In this document: piece after piece, positions 53,778 through 62,903 of the stretch
Layout of the letters: the number at the start of each line of letters is the position of its first letter
Position numbering within the stretch: the first letter of the stretch is position 1
Source: an uncultured Ruminococcus sp.
GTDB taxonomy: Bacteria > Bacillota > Clostridia > Oscillospirales > CAG-382
DNA length: 64,000 nt
Reading direction: 5' to 3'
Assembly (NCBI GenBank): GCA_964487775.1
Contig: CAZASH010000002.1
Span: 134,142 to 198,141, forward strand
Notes under the pieces: model-generated
The model's input: only the letters and a program-made list of their open reading frames with translations
What the model was told of the DNA's origin: nothing
The model's database searches: none
Translations under genes and position numbers: made by a program

Positions 53778-56459
53778 TTAGTATATTCTGAGCAGCAGCC
53801 TTATCTCGTTGATATATTCTTCTTTGGATTTGAGCGGCTTGCCGTCCTCGCCTATAAGGAATATCGATGATATATGGCTTGACAAAGGGTGTTGCCACGG
53901 CACTACATATATATCGTCATTGCTGATACTGTATGTATTCAGTATCGCGCGCATGGTTATGGCGTCTGTCCCCGAGACGTTCATCAGCTCATCTATGATG
54001 AGGCCATATTCGCCGTCCTTGTGCGGCAGCAGAGCGAACGAAAACGAATTGTTGCCCATTTGCCAGACAATGACATCGAGACCGTTTGAAGCATCGAGGT
54101 CAAGGTACTGCGAATATTCACCATCTGTCGGTATAGGCATGACCTTTGCTTTTTCAAATGTTATCCTGCCGTTATCACTTATGCATATGTCATAATAGTA
54201 TATGTTGTCCTCGTCGGTAGTCATGACATAAAATTTGTCGTTTTCTTTTACAAACTGCGGCTCGGAATAAGAATACGGTATTTCTAGCAAGGCTTCATAT
54301 TCGAGCTCACTTTTGCCGAACTCTGCTATCTTAACAGTGACGGTGTATATGCCTGAGGTATAACCGTATGCCAAGAGGCATTTTTCTTCTTTGCCGTCGT
54401 TATCTATGTCGAACACATAAAAGTCATGAAAAGGCAGCTCCTCGATTATGGGATACACTTTTTCTTTTGAGTATAGCCTTTCGATAATATAACGCTGCAA
54501 GGCTTTGGGGCGTTCTGGGTAAAAGATGCCGTATGACGCTTCCGGCGGCGAATATGCCTTTTCTGCATATATCGTCTTTACCATGACCTTTTCTTTGGGG
54601 ACTTTATATGCCGACAGAATGAGTGATACTTGCTCAAATGTCAGCGCCGGAAGGCTTGCAACGTCGGACTCAGAACCGATTGCCGTGTTGTATGGCGGCA
54701 GCAAATGCAGAGTTGGCACACTTGTGACATAGCAGCACACATCTACTCCCTTTGAAAGATCGTATGCAAAATACTCGGGATACATCTTTTGCAGAGAGGA
54801 CAGGTGCATTGTGGAATGCGCAGAGAAATACGAGTTTATCTCCGACGTGACGTAGCCGAGAGCGTACTCAAAAAATCTGCCGTCTTTGATGCCGTTTATA
54901 TACAGCTTGCCGTCATTGTGGTCGACGAACTTGGCTTTTCCATAAGCGTCGAGCCGGCACGAAGTGATGCACTTTGGCTTTTTTGCAGTCGGGTCTATCG
55001 CGGTGACCGTTATATAGCATTCGTCGCCTCTTTCGGCACAGTACGCCACAAGATATTCGACTTTGCCGTCGCCGTCAATGTCAAATGCGGTGCGGTCGTA
55101 TATGCGCTCGAGCTCCTGCTCGGTCGGCTTGGGCAAAATGCTTTCAACAGCCTTCCGCGCATCGTCAATGCAGTCGTAGGGCGTGTCTCCATATGGATAA
55201 TAATTGATCTTGTTGCTCGGCAGACCGTAGGTGCTGAGTGCTGCGGCGGCACTTCTTGCATCCATCGCGTCGATATGAGTGTAGACAGACGTGCCGCTGT
55301 GGTCGCAGCCACTCAACTTGTGTTCTGCAAATCTATAATAAAACTCTCCGTTTTTAAAATCTGTAACATATACGTCAATGCCGTTCGTGGCGTCATACTT
55401 GAAATACTGACGGTATTCAGCGATACTGTATGTAAATGCGACAAAGTCGAGAGGCGAACTGTCTATGCCGTCGATAATGCTCGAAGCATCGTTGCTGCTT
55501 GTATCTTTGGGTGCGCTGCTGTCATCGACAGGATCTGTCAGCAGACAGACAGACGCGACTATGCACGCGATCAGCGCAACGATTATTATCCAGAATGCGG
55601 GCTTTTTATAGTTAAGCACGTTCTTTATCCTTCCTTTCACGTTAGTTTCTCCGAATGCGATCGGGCACGCAGATATGATCCTGCGAGGCGAGCTGCATTC
55701 TATCAATGCGTTGGAATAATTCTTTTTGCCCTCGGCGTCCATATTGCCAATGACCTTTTCATCACACGCAGCTTCGATGTCGCGGCAGAGCAGAATATAT
55801 GCGAGCCAAAGTATGGGATTGAACCAATAGACCGTGAGCAGCAAAAAGCCCAGCGGCTTCCATAAATGGTCGCCTCTTTTGATATGTGCGTTTTCGTGCG
55901 CAATGACATATTCTGTGCTCTTTTCGTCAAGCGACGACGGCAGGTATATCCTGGGCCTTATCACACCGAATATAAAAGGCGAATCGACGTTGTCGCATAT
56001 CAGAATATTGTTTCGCAGGATAGCTGCTTCTTTTACTTGATGCTTGATCTTGAGACAGCAGATAAGCGTGTAAAGCAGCATAAGCGCTATGCCGACCAGC
56101 CAAACGATGCCGCAAACGAACATCACGACCTGCATCGGGTTGATGCTCGCCGTCGGATCGGGCGCCAAGCTGTCTGAAATGATGGGATTTACCACCGAAT
56201 TGAGCACAGGTACGCCGGTGGATATAGCGGGCGTCTGGGTATAAAGTATCTCGCCGGGTATAGGCTCGGCGCTCGGCAGAACGCTGAGCTCGCTTGTCGG
56301 CGAAAACGGGCATATAAGCCTTATGCCGACGAACGCCCACATCAGAACAAATATCCATTTGGGCGCTTTGCGCAGCATGAGCCTCATAAGTATCACGGCG
56401 AGTGCGATAAAGCCTGCCGTAAGGTTTATGTTGAGGACCTCGATAAATATTTTGTCCAA
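53778..56459 (-). CDS. BlaR1/MecR1-type M56 metalloprotease signal transducer with a ~590-aa non-PBP extracellular repeat domain
   Basis: N-terminal 4-TM M56 domain with HEXXH (AHENAHIKRGD). After the last TM come a Ser/Asp linker and alternating repeat modules. Confidence 0.85.
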   Translation of the reverse strand: MDKIFIEVLNINLTAGFIALAVILMRLMLRKAPKWIFVLMWAFVGIRLICPFSPTSELSVLPSAEPIPGEILYTQTPAISTGVPVLNSVVNPIISDSLAPDPTASINPMQVVMFVCGIVWLVGIALMLLYTLICCLKIKHQVKEAAILRNNILICDNVDSPFIFGVIRPRIYLPSSLDEKSTEYVIAHENAHIKRGDHLWKPLGFLLLTVYWFNPILWLAYILLCRDIEAACDEKVIGNMDAEGKKNYSNALIECSSPRRIISACPIAFGETNVKGRIKNVLNYKKPAFWIIIVALIACIVASVCLLTDPVDDSSAPKDTSSNDASSIIDGIDSSPLDFVAFTYSIAEYRQYFKYDATNGIDVYVTDFKNGEFYYRFAEHKLSGCDHSGTSVYTHIDAMDARSAAAALSTYGLPSNKINYYPYGDTPYDCIDDARKAVESILPKPTEQELERIYDRTAFDIDGDGKVEYLVAYCAERGDECYITVTAIDPTAKKPKCITSCRLDAYGKAKFVDHNDGKLYINGIKDGRFFEYALGYVTSEINSYFSAHSTMHLSSLQKMYPEYFAYDLSKGVDVCCYVTSVPTLHLLPPYNTAIGSESDVASLPALTFEQVSLILSAYKVPKEKVMVKTIYAEKAYSPPEASYGIFYPERPKALQRYIIERLYSKEKVYPIIEELPFHDFYVFDIDNDGKEEKCLLAYGYTSGIYTVTVKIAEFGKSELEYEALLEIPYSYSEPQFVKENDKFYVMTTDEDNIYYYDICISDNGRITFEKAKVMPIPTDGEYSQYLDLDASNGLDVIVWQMGNNSFSFALLPHKDGEYGLIIDELMNVSGTDAITMRAILNTYSISNDDIYVVPWQHPLSSHISSIFLIGEDGKPLKSKEEYINEIRLLLRIY

Positions 56460-56461
56460 TT

Positions 56462-56824
56462 TTATTCCTCCTCAAACTCGTCAACTATGCGCCGCAATTG
56501 CTCTGCTTCGTCCGCCGAAAGCCTGCGGTGTGAAACAAATGCGGCTATAAACGCGGGCAGCGAGCCGTCAAAGGTGTCGTCGATAAACTTCTCGCTCTGC
56601 AACGCATAAAACTCCTGCTTTGAAATGAGCGAGGTGACAATGCCGCCCTCGTTTTTAAATATGCCCTTGTCGCAGAGCCTGGCAAGCACTGTGTATGAGG
56701 TGGATTTTTTCCATCCGAGCAATTCGTTGCTGCGCCTTGCAAGCTCTGCCGAGGCGATTGGCTCGTTCTGCCAGATAATGTCGGCAAAACGCGACTCGAC
56801 CGCCCCCATCTGATGTTCTTTCAT
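56462..56824 (-). CDS. BlaI/MecI/CopY family transcriptional repressor
   Basis: 120-aa winged helix (..STSYTVLARLCDKGI..). Sits 2 nt upstream of the M56 gene. Confidence 0.9.
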   Translation of the reverse strand: MKEHQMGAVESRFADIIWQNEPIASAELARRSNELLGWKKSTSYTVLARLCDKGIFKNEGGIVTSLISKQEFYALQSEKFIDDTFDGSLPAFIAAFVSHRRLSADEAEQLRRIVDEFEEE

Positions 56825-56849
56825 AATAATGCACCTCCGAAAAAGATAT

Positions 56850-56864
56850 TCTACATCCTGTAGA
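56850..56864. promoter_or_regulatory. BlaI-type operator 1, TCTACA-N3-TGTAGA
   Basis: Perfect 6+6 inverted repeat with a TACA/TGTA core, between the -10 element and the SD. Confidence 0.65.
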
Positions 56865-56872
56865 CCAATATC

Positions 56873-56901
56873 ATTCTACAACATGTAGAACGCTTTGTCA
56901 A
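56873..56901 (-). promoter_or_regulatory. Promoter TTGACA-17-TAGAAT of the blaI/blaR1-like operon
   Basis: -35 at 56896-56901 and -10 at 56873-56878 on the minus strand. Confidence 0.6.
56874..56890. promoter_or_regulatory. BlaI-type operator 2, TTCTACA-N3-TGTAGAA
   Basis: Perfect 7+7 inverted repeat overlapping the spacer and -10 of the promoter. Confidence 0.65.
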
Positions 56902-56911
56902 TATGTTTTTA

Positions 56912-56946
56912 TGAAAAATGGGCGCGCAAATATGCTTGCACGCCCA
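56912..56946 (-). terminator. Terminator after rnhA
   Basis: Stem gggcgtgc/gcgcgccc (one G-U pair) + ATTTTTC on the minus strand. Confidence 0.6.
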
Positions 56947-56964
56947 AATTTTTTAATTTGGATA

Positions 56965-57411
56965 TTATTCGGAATATTTTTTTGTCTGCTCGGTGGCGAG
57001 TGAATCGCACAGCTCGTTATATTCGTCGCCGTTGTGGCCTCTGACCCAGATATAGGTCATCTTGTGCCTTGAGGTCTCGGCGATGATCCTCTCCCAGAGG
57101 TCACGGTTGAGCACGGGCTTTTTGTCTGACTTTATCCAGTCCTTTTTCTGCCACGACTCGAGCCAGCCCTTTGTCATTGCGTTGATGAAATATTGCGAAT
57201 CGCTGTGCAGCTCGACCTCGCACGGACATTTGAGCGCAGAAAGCGCCTCGATGACGGCGGTAAGCTCCATGCGGTTGTTGGTGGTGCTTTTTGCGCCGCC
57301 TGCCAAAGTCTTTTTGACATCGCCCGAAATAAGCACTGCGCCATAGCCGCCCGGGCCGGGGTTGCCGCTGCACGAGCCGTCGGTGTATATCACGACCTTT
57401 TTAAGCATCAC
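56965..57411 (-). CDS. rnhA: Ribonuclease HI
   Basis: IYTDGSCSGNPGPGGYG, NNRMEL, D..W...V.GH.G...NE..D.LA. Confidence 0.9.
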   Translation of the reverse strand: MMLKKVVIYTDGSCSGNPGPGGYGAVLISGDVKKTLAGGAKSTTNNRMELTAVIEALSALKCPCEVELHSDSQYFINAMTKGWLESWQKKDWIKSDKKPVLNRDLWERIIAETSRHKMTYIWVRGHNGDEYNELCDSLATEQTKKYSE

Positions 57412-58346
57412 GAATCCTCCATGATCTTTTGCATTCTGACGTCCTTGCCCTTGAATTGCAGGACTGAATATTCGCCCATGAGCCTCGAATATATGCGCTC
57501 GTCATAGCGCTTTTTGATCTCGGAGGGTGCGAGGTTGGTGCTGATGACGGTCGGCTTGCCTGCGAGCAGTCGGCGGTTGATGATCTCAAACAGCGTCGCA
57601 AGGGTCTGGTTGCCGATCGATTCCGCACCGAGGTCGTCGATGAGCAAAAGCGTATAGTTGTACGGCTCTAAAATGCTCTTGTCGGCTCTGCCGTATTTGA
57701 CCGCCTCAAAGTTTGAAAACATCTGCGGTGCGGTCTCGTAAAATGCATCAAAGCCACGGGCGATGGCTCTCTGCGCTATCGCCGACGAAATATGTGTCTT
57801 GCCGAGCCCTGTGCCACCCATAAGCAAAAGGCTTTTTGATGTGGTGTCAAAATTGTCGGCATATCTTTTGCAGGCTGCAAGCACAGTCTGCATGACGGCA
57901 AGGTCGTCGCCCTTATAATATTTGAGGTTGAAGCTTTCGAAGGTCATGCCCGAAAGCATACGCCCTATGCCTCCGTTGTTGTATCTGTCGATTGCCAGCA
58001 TTTGCTTGACGCAGTCGCACAGCTCGCCATCGCAATAGCCTGTGTCAGAGCATTTTGGGCAGTCGTATTTTACAGAATCATAGTCGGGATCTATGCCTGC
58101 GGCAATTATCATCTGCCTGCGCTGTTCGGCAAGCGCCTTTGTCTGCTGCTTGAGCTCGGCAAAGGCAGCATCGTGCATTTCACCTCGAGGCAGTGAAAGC
58201 AATTTTGTGGGGAACTTTGCGAGCTCGTTGTCGATCTGTGCCAGACCGGGAACTTTCTGTCGCAATTCCTCGGCACGTGAAAGCGCAAGCTGATAGTTGC
58301 GGCTGTGCCTTAGCTGCTTTTGCAATAATGCCTGTTCAGTTGTCAT
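57408..58346 (-). CDS. dnaI: Helicase loader ATPase, DnaI/DnaC family
   Basis: Start at MTTEQALL (GGAGGG SD). N-terminal Zn module CPKCSDTGYCDGELCDC, Walker A GGTGLGKTH, Walker B LLLIDDLG. Confidence 0.8.
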   Translation of the reverse strand: MTTEQALLQKQLRHSRNYQLALSRAEELRQKVPGLAQIDNELAKFPTKLLSLPRGEMHDAAFAELKQQTKALAEQRRQMIIAAGIDPDYDSVKYDCPKCSDTGYCDGELCDCVKQMLAIDRYNNGGIGRMLSGMTFESFNLKYYKGDDLAVMQTVLAACKRYADNFDTTSKSLLLMGGTGLGKTHISSAIAQRAIARGFDAFYETAPQMFSNFEAVKYGRADKSILEPYNYTLLLIDDLGAESIGNQTLATLFEIINRRLLAGKPTVISTNLAPSEIKKRYDERIYSRLMGEYSVLQFKGKDVRMQKIMEDS

Positions 58347-59247
58347 CTGCGTTGTCCCTCCGTGATCTTTGAAGTGCGGCGCTGAAGAATTCGTCGGAAT
58401 CAAAGCTTGCAGCATCGTCCGAGCCTGCCTTGCGGTCACCCGAGGCGACCTTTTCGGGCGTGGTCAAGCCGTTTGTGTGCCAAGACTCGAGCACCTTGTT
58501 CATGTATGCAAAGTTTACCCTGCCCGTGGCGTCGACAGAACGCTCGTATGCCAGCCTGACAAGCTCAAAATCGAGCGACCACTCGCCAAACCATTTTTCG
58601 GCAAACTGCTTTTCTTTTGTTGTAAAGGCTCTGTCGCCCATTCCGCAAAGCGTGCGCAATCTCGCCATATCAGAGTCGAGCCGCTGCTTGTCTGCCAGAC
58701 GGCGGTCGAGCTTGGTGAGATCGTCGACGCCCTCGTCATAAAGCGAAAGTATCGTGTTGTGGATATATCGCATATCCTTTTTGCCCTTTGATATGCAATA
58801 ATGTGTCGCAGTGATTATGTATCCGCCCGAGAGTCCGCAATAATCAAACAGATAATAAAGCGAGTTATAGTCCGTGCGGTTGAGCATCTTGCCGATAAGC
58901 GCCGAAAACTGGTCGCACAGCAGGCGGAAGTCCTCGTTTTTGTCTATTGCGTTTGCGATAACGTCAGAATCATAGGCGGGTCTGTGTTCGCTGGGCGAGG
59001 CAGCCTTTTTTGCCTCGTGATCCCTGAGCATACCGAGAGTCCTGCAATATTCCAAAGCACTCTCTGCATCCTCTGCTGATATGCCAAGCGCCTTTGCAGC
59101 CGACTGCGTGTCATAGATATTGCCTGCATAAAGCCACAGCGCCAGCCTTATTTCGTTATGTCCTGCCGAGATAAGCTTGTCTGATATATCACGCGGTATT
59201 ATTATCATGCCGTCGGCAGGTGACTTTGCTGTGTATTGTTTTGACAT
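58336..59247 (-). CDS. DnaD-domain replication initiation protein (B. subtilis DnaB/DnaD-like)
   Basis: Two DnaD C-terminal-type segments (..MRYIHNTILSLYDEGV.., ..NFAYMNKVLESWHTNGLTTPEKV..). Located upstream of dnaI. Confidence 0.7.
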   Translation of the reverse strand: MSKQYTAKSPADGMIIIPRDISDKLISAGHNEIRLALWLYAGNIYDTQSAAKALGISAEDAESALEYCRTLGMLRDHEAKKAASPSEHRPAYDSDVIANAIDKNEDFRLLCDQFSALIGKMLNRTDYNSLYYLFDYCGLSGGYIITATHYCISKGKKDMRYIHNTILSLYDEGVDDLTKLDRRLADKQRLDSDMARLRTLCGMGDRAFTTKEKQFAEKWFGEWSLDFELVRLAYERSVDATGRVNFAYMNKVLESWHTNGLTTPEKVASGDRKAGSDDAASFDSDEFFSAALQRSRRDNADDN

Positions 59248-59273
59248 TTAAAAAATCCTCGCTTTGTGTTGTA

Positions 59274-59690
59274 TCATGACGGCATAACGGCAGGCGATAT
59301 GACGCAGGTCATATCAAAGTCGTCGATCTTTTTGCCGCCTGCATCGATCGAAAAGGCGAATGCGAGCGTGCCGCGCATACCTTTGACGGTGTTCTGCACC
59401 GATCTTGTGCTGACGTTGATATATGACGTGCAGAAATTTGAATCATACATTCCGCCATAGCGCTTGCCCTTTTGCAGCAGAAATTCTGCCGCTTCAAAGC
59501 CGTTGTGGCGCAAAGAAACAGTGTCGCCGCAGACTGTTATAAACGTTGACGGCTCTTCGGTGTCTGTTATGGGAAAGTTGAGATAATATCCGTTCTCGAA
59601 ATGCTCGATGCTGCCCGGAACATTGATGCTCAGCGGCTCGCGCACCTTGCCTGCACGCGAACGGATAGATATGGTTACTGGAAGCTTCAT
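59274..59690 (-). CDS. Small beta-rich protein, DUF1934 (YwiB)-like
   Basis: 138 aa with an alternating beta pattern and length similar to DUF1934. Weak assignment. Confidence 0.4.
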   Translation of the reverse strand: MKLPVTISIRSRAGKVREPLSINVPGSIEHFENGYYLNFPITDTEEPSTFITVCGDTVSLRHNGFEAAEFLLQKGKRYGGMYDSNFCTSYINVSTRSVQNTVKGMRGTLAFAFSIDAGGKKIDDFDMTCVISPAVMPS

Positions 59691-59693
59691 CGT

Positions 59694-60500
59694 TTATATA
59701 TTCACGCTTTCGATGTTGATGTTATAAACGTCCTGCGTTATCGCAGAGCCAAAGAACCTTTCGGCGCTCTTTTTGAACTGCGCAGGGTCGTCGCTGGTAT
59801 AAAACACGGTGTTGCCGTGCTCATGTGTATTGATGCCGAGCTCGTTTATCTTGTATGATAAGAGCCTTGCTGCCTCCTTGCCCGAGCTTATAAGCTCTGA
59901 TTTGGGCAGGAACGACGAGATAAGCTCTGATAAGAGCGGATAATGCGTGCAGCCGAGAATGACTGCCGAGGGCTCGATGGATGTATAGCTTGATAAATAT
60001 TCGTTTGCGACCGCACGGCACGCCTCGTCGTCGGGCGATGTGTTCCACGATTCCGCAAGCGGCACGAACATCGGGCACGCCTGCTGATAGACAGTCAATG
60101 AGCTGTCGATGGCGTATATCGCTTTTTCAAACGCCCTGCTTTCGACTGTTGCGCAGGTGCCCAGCACCAAAATTCTGCCGTTGCCGCTTGAGGCTGTTTC
60201 GGCGGCCTTTTGGGCTGCGCCCTCGATGACCCCGAAAACAGGCGTGTCAAAGCGTGACTTGAGCAGCGACAATGAGTTTGATGAGACAGTTCCGCACGCG
60301 GCGAGCAGTATGTCGACACCGAGACTGTTCAAAAACGTGCAGTCCTGCAACGAATATCTGTCGATGACCTCTTTTGATTTTGTTCCGTAAGGAATGCGTG
60401 CCGTATCGCCGAAATAGATGATGTCGCTTTTGGGCAATTCGCTTCTTATCTCTCGCAGGGCGGTCAGACCGCCGAGCCCCGAGTCGAATACGCCTATCAT
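59694..60500 (-). CDS. murI: Glutamate racemase
   Basis: Start at MIGVFDSGLGGLT (ATGA overlap with ddl). Catalytic Cys motifs LLAACGTVS and ILGCTHYP. Confidence 0.9.
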   Translation of the reverse strand: MIGVFDSGLGGLTALREIRSELPKSDIIYFGDTARIPYGTKSKEVIDRYSLQDCTFLNSLGVDILLAACGTVSSNSLSLLKSRFDTPVFGVIEGAAQKAAETASSGNGRILVLGTCATVESRAFEKAIYAIDSSLTVYQQACPMFVPLAESWNTSPDDEACRAVANEYLSSYTSIEPSAVILGCTHYPLLSELISSFLPKSELISSGKEAARLLSYKINELGINTHEHGNTVFYTSDDPAQFKKSAERFFGSAITQDVYNINIESVNI

Positions 60501-61570
60501 ACGCCGCGCTCCATCGCAAGGTCGATGAGCCCGGTTATCAGATCCCGATACGAGACGCCGCTGTTTTTCATCAATTGAGGGTACATGCTGATGGGTGTAA
60601 AGCCGGGAATGGTGTTTATCTCGTTGAAATAATAGCCGCCCTCGAATGCAAAAAAGTCGACTCTCGAAAGTCCCGTGCAGCCGAGCGTGCGGTATACCTC
60701 GAGCGCAGATGCACGTATGGCATCGGACATCTCGCTTGTCAGTCTTGCGGGGATATAGCATTTTGCCGTGTCTGAATTATATTTGTTGTCATAGTCATAA
60801 AAATCAGCGCCCGGGATTATCTCGCCGCAGCAGGATGCGACAGGCGAGTCGTTGCCGAAAACGGCGACCTCGATCTCGCTGCCGACGATGGCCTTTTCGA
60901 TGAGCAGCTTTTTGCCGTGTCTGAATGCCTCTTCGATGCCCTTTGCGAGCTCGGCACGGCTTCTGCACTTGCTGACACCGACAGACGAGCCTGCCGACGA
61001 CGGCTTGACAAAAACAGGGTATCCAAATCTCTCTTCGCTCTCTGCGATGGCGGCGAAAATGTCAAGCTCGGGGGTCTTTATCAAGGTTATCCAGGGAATG
61101 CAGGGAACCTTGTCTGCGACAAGCGCTTTGGTGACTGCTTTGTCCATCGCATCTGCGGATGAAACAGTGTCGCAGCCGACAAACGGAATGCCTGCAATAG
61201 TCAGCAGACCCTGCATGGTGCCGTCCTCGCCGCCTGCTCCGTGCATGACAGGAAACGCCGCATCGATATAGGTTATCTCATAGGTGCTGCTTGCCTTGCA
61301 GAACGTGATAAAGCCGTGATGCGCAGCGCAGGGCGAAATGACAGCAGGCTTTAAATGCTCTTTGTCGTTTATCCACGAGCCGTCACGCATACAGTCGCTT
61401 GCTCCGTCATATAAAAACCACACGCCCTTTTTGTCTATTCCGAGGCGATAGGGGGTGAATTTGTCTTTGTCGATGTTGTCATAAACGTTTGCAGCCGAAA
61501 CACAGCTCACCTCGTGCTCTGACGAGACTCCGCCGAAAATTATTGCGATAGATCTTTTTGTATTCTCCAT
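60497..61570 (-). CDS. ddl: D-alanine--D-alanine ligase
   Basis: IFGGVSSEHEVS, HGAGGEDGTMQG, ATP-grasp motifs, EINTIPG. Confidence 0.95.
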   Translation of the reverse strand: MENTKRSIAIIFGGVSSEHEVSCVSAANVYDNIDKDKFTPYRLGIDKKGVWFLYDGASDCMRDGSWINDKEHLKPAVISPCAAHHGFITFCKASSTYEITYIDAAFPVMHGAGGEDGTMQGLLTIAGIPFVGCDTVSSADAMDKAVTKALVADKVPCIPWITLIKTPELDIFAAIAESEERFGYPVFVKPSSAGSSVGVSKCRSRAELAKGIEEAFRHGKKLLIEKAIVGSEIEVAVFGNDSPVASCCGEIIPGADFYDYDNKYNSDTAKCYIPARLTSEMSDAIRASALEVYRTLGCTGLSRVDFFAFEGGYYFNEINTIPGFTPISMYPQLMKNSGVSYRDLITGLIDLAMERGV

Positions 61571-61602
61571 TGGTTGATGCCACCTTTGATCAAGATTTGT
61601 GT

Positions 61603-62727
61603 TTATTTTATGCGCTGACCGTCGATAAATACGGCGTGAATGTTATAATCTCTGTCGAGCAATACCATGTCTGCCGCCTTGCCGGGCTCGAGTGAGCCTA
61701 TGCGGTCTGCCGCTCCGACAGCCTTTGCAGGCGTGTATGAAGCCATCTTGCAGACGTCGGGCATGGGAATGCCCATTTGCAAAAGATTGCGCACACCATA
61801 ATAGACAGGCATACAGCTGCCCGCTATCGTGCCGTCCTCGAGGTGGCACTCGCCGTCCTTGACTATGCGGTGTCTGCCGAGTATATAATAGTCGCCGTCG
61901 GGCATTCCGGCAAATACGCCTGTGTCGCTGACTATCGAAATGCGGTCTGCACCCTTCATGCGGTATATAAGCCTGATAGTCTCTTCTGAAAGATGCACGA
62001 GATCACAGATCATTTCGCAGGTTATGCGCTTGTCGAGCAGCGAAAAGCCCACAAGCCCCGGCTCACGGTGGTGATAGCCTGCCATTGCGTTGAAAAGATG
62101 CGTGGTGCGTGTAGCACCGTGCTCTGCTCCGACCTCTGCCTGTGCATAGTTGGCGTCGCTGTGTCCCATACTGACCTTGACGCCGTTCGAAGCGAATAAT
62201 TCTATTATCTCGATCGCCCCTTCAAGCTCGGGGGCTACTGTTATGATCTTGAGGTTGCCGTTTGCTGCGGCAAGTATCTCTTTTGCAAATTGTATGTCGG
62301 GTGTCAGAATATTCTCGGGAACCATTCCGCCGCGGCGAACAGGGTTGACAAACGGCGCTTCGAGGTTGATGCCGAGCAGCTTGCTGCCGTATCCGCCCGA
62401 ATGCATCTGGCATACGATGTTTTTTTCGGCACTGATGAGCCCGTCGCGCGGCATACATCTCACTGTCGGCAATATCGCCGTAACGCCGTGCTCTGCCTCG
62501 TATTTGCGTGCCGCATCAAAATCACCGCTGTCTGCGGCAAACTCGCTGCCTGCCGCACCGTGTACATGAGTGTCGACAAAACCGGGTATAAGATACATGC
62601 CCGATGCGTCATATTCTTCATCGCCCGAGATCTGACCTATCGCGGTGACGACACCGTTCTTGTATTGCAGGTCTGCCTTGTGTAATCTGAAATCTCCCGT
62701 AACGATATTTGCGCCTTTTATGATCAT
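61603..62727 (-). CDS. nagA: N-acetylglucosamine-6-phosphate deacetylase
   Basis: PGFVDTHVHGAAG, and the amidohydrolase metal ligands (HLFNAM, D near the C-terminus). Confidence 0.9.
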   Translation of the reverse strand: MIIKGANIVTGDFRLHKADLQYKNGVVTAIGQISGDEEYDASGMYLIPGFVDTHVHGAAGSEFAADSGDFDAARKYEAEHGVTAILPTVRCMPRDGLISAEKNIVCQMHSGGYGSKLLGINLEAPFVNPVRRGGMVPENILTPDIQFAKEILAAANGNLKIITVAPELEGAIEIIELFASNGVKVSMGHSDANYAQAEVGAEHGATRTTHLFNAMAGYHHREPGLVGFSLLDKRITCEMICDLVHLSEETIRLIYRMKGADRISIVSDTGVFAGMPDGDYYILGRHRIVKDGECHLEDGTIAGSCMPVYYGVRNLLQMGIPMPDVCKMASYTPAKAVGAADRIGSLEPGKAADMVLLDRDYNIHAVFIDGQRIK

Positions 62728-62816
62728 AAATAAGTACCTCTTTGTATATTAGATAACCTTCCTTATTTAGAATAGCACACCAAAAGCCTCATTGCAACAA
62801 CTTTTTTTATTAAATG

Positions 62817-62845
62817 TTGCATTTGCGCGTTTGATATGGTATAAT
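62817..62845 (+). promoter_or_regulatory. Promoter TTGCAT-17-(TG)G-TATAAT for glf
   Basis: Extended -10, 58 nt before the ATG at 62904. Confidence 0.5.
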
Positions 62846-62903
62846 TTCAGTGTATCAAGTAATTATCAAGCAATCAGCAAGCAAGAAAGCGTGGTTTTTG
62901 CAT

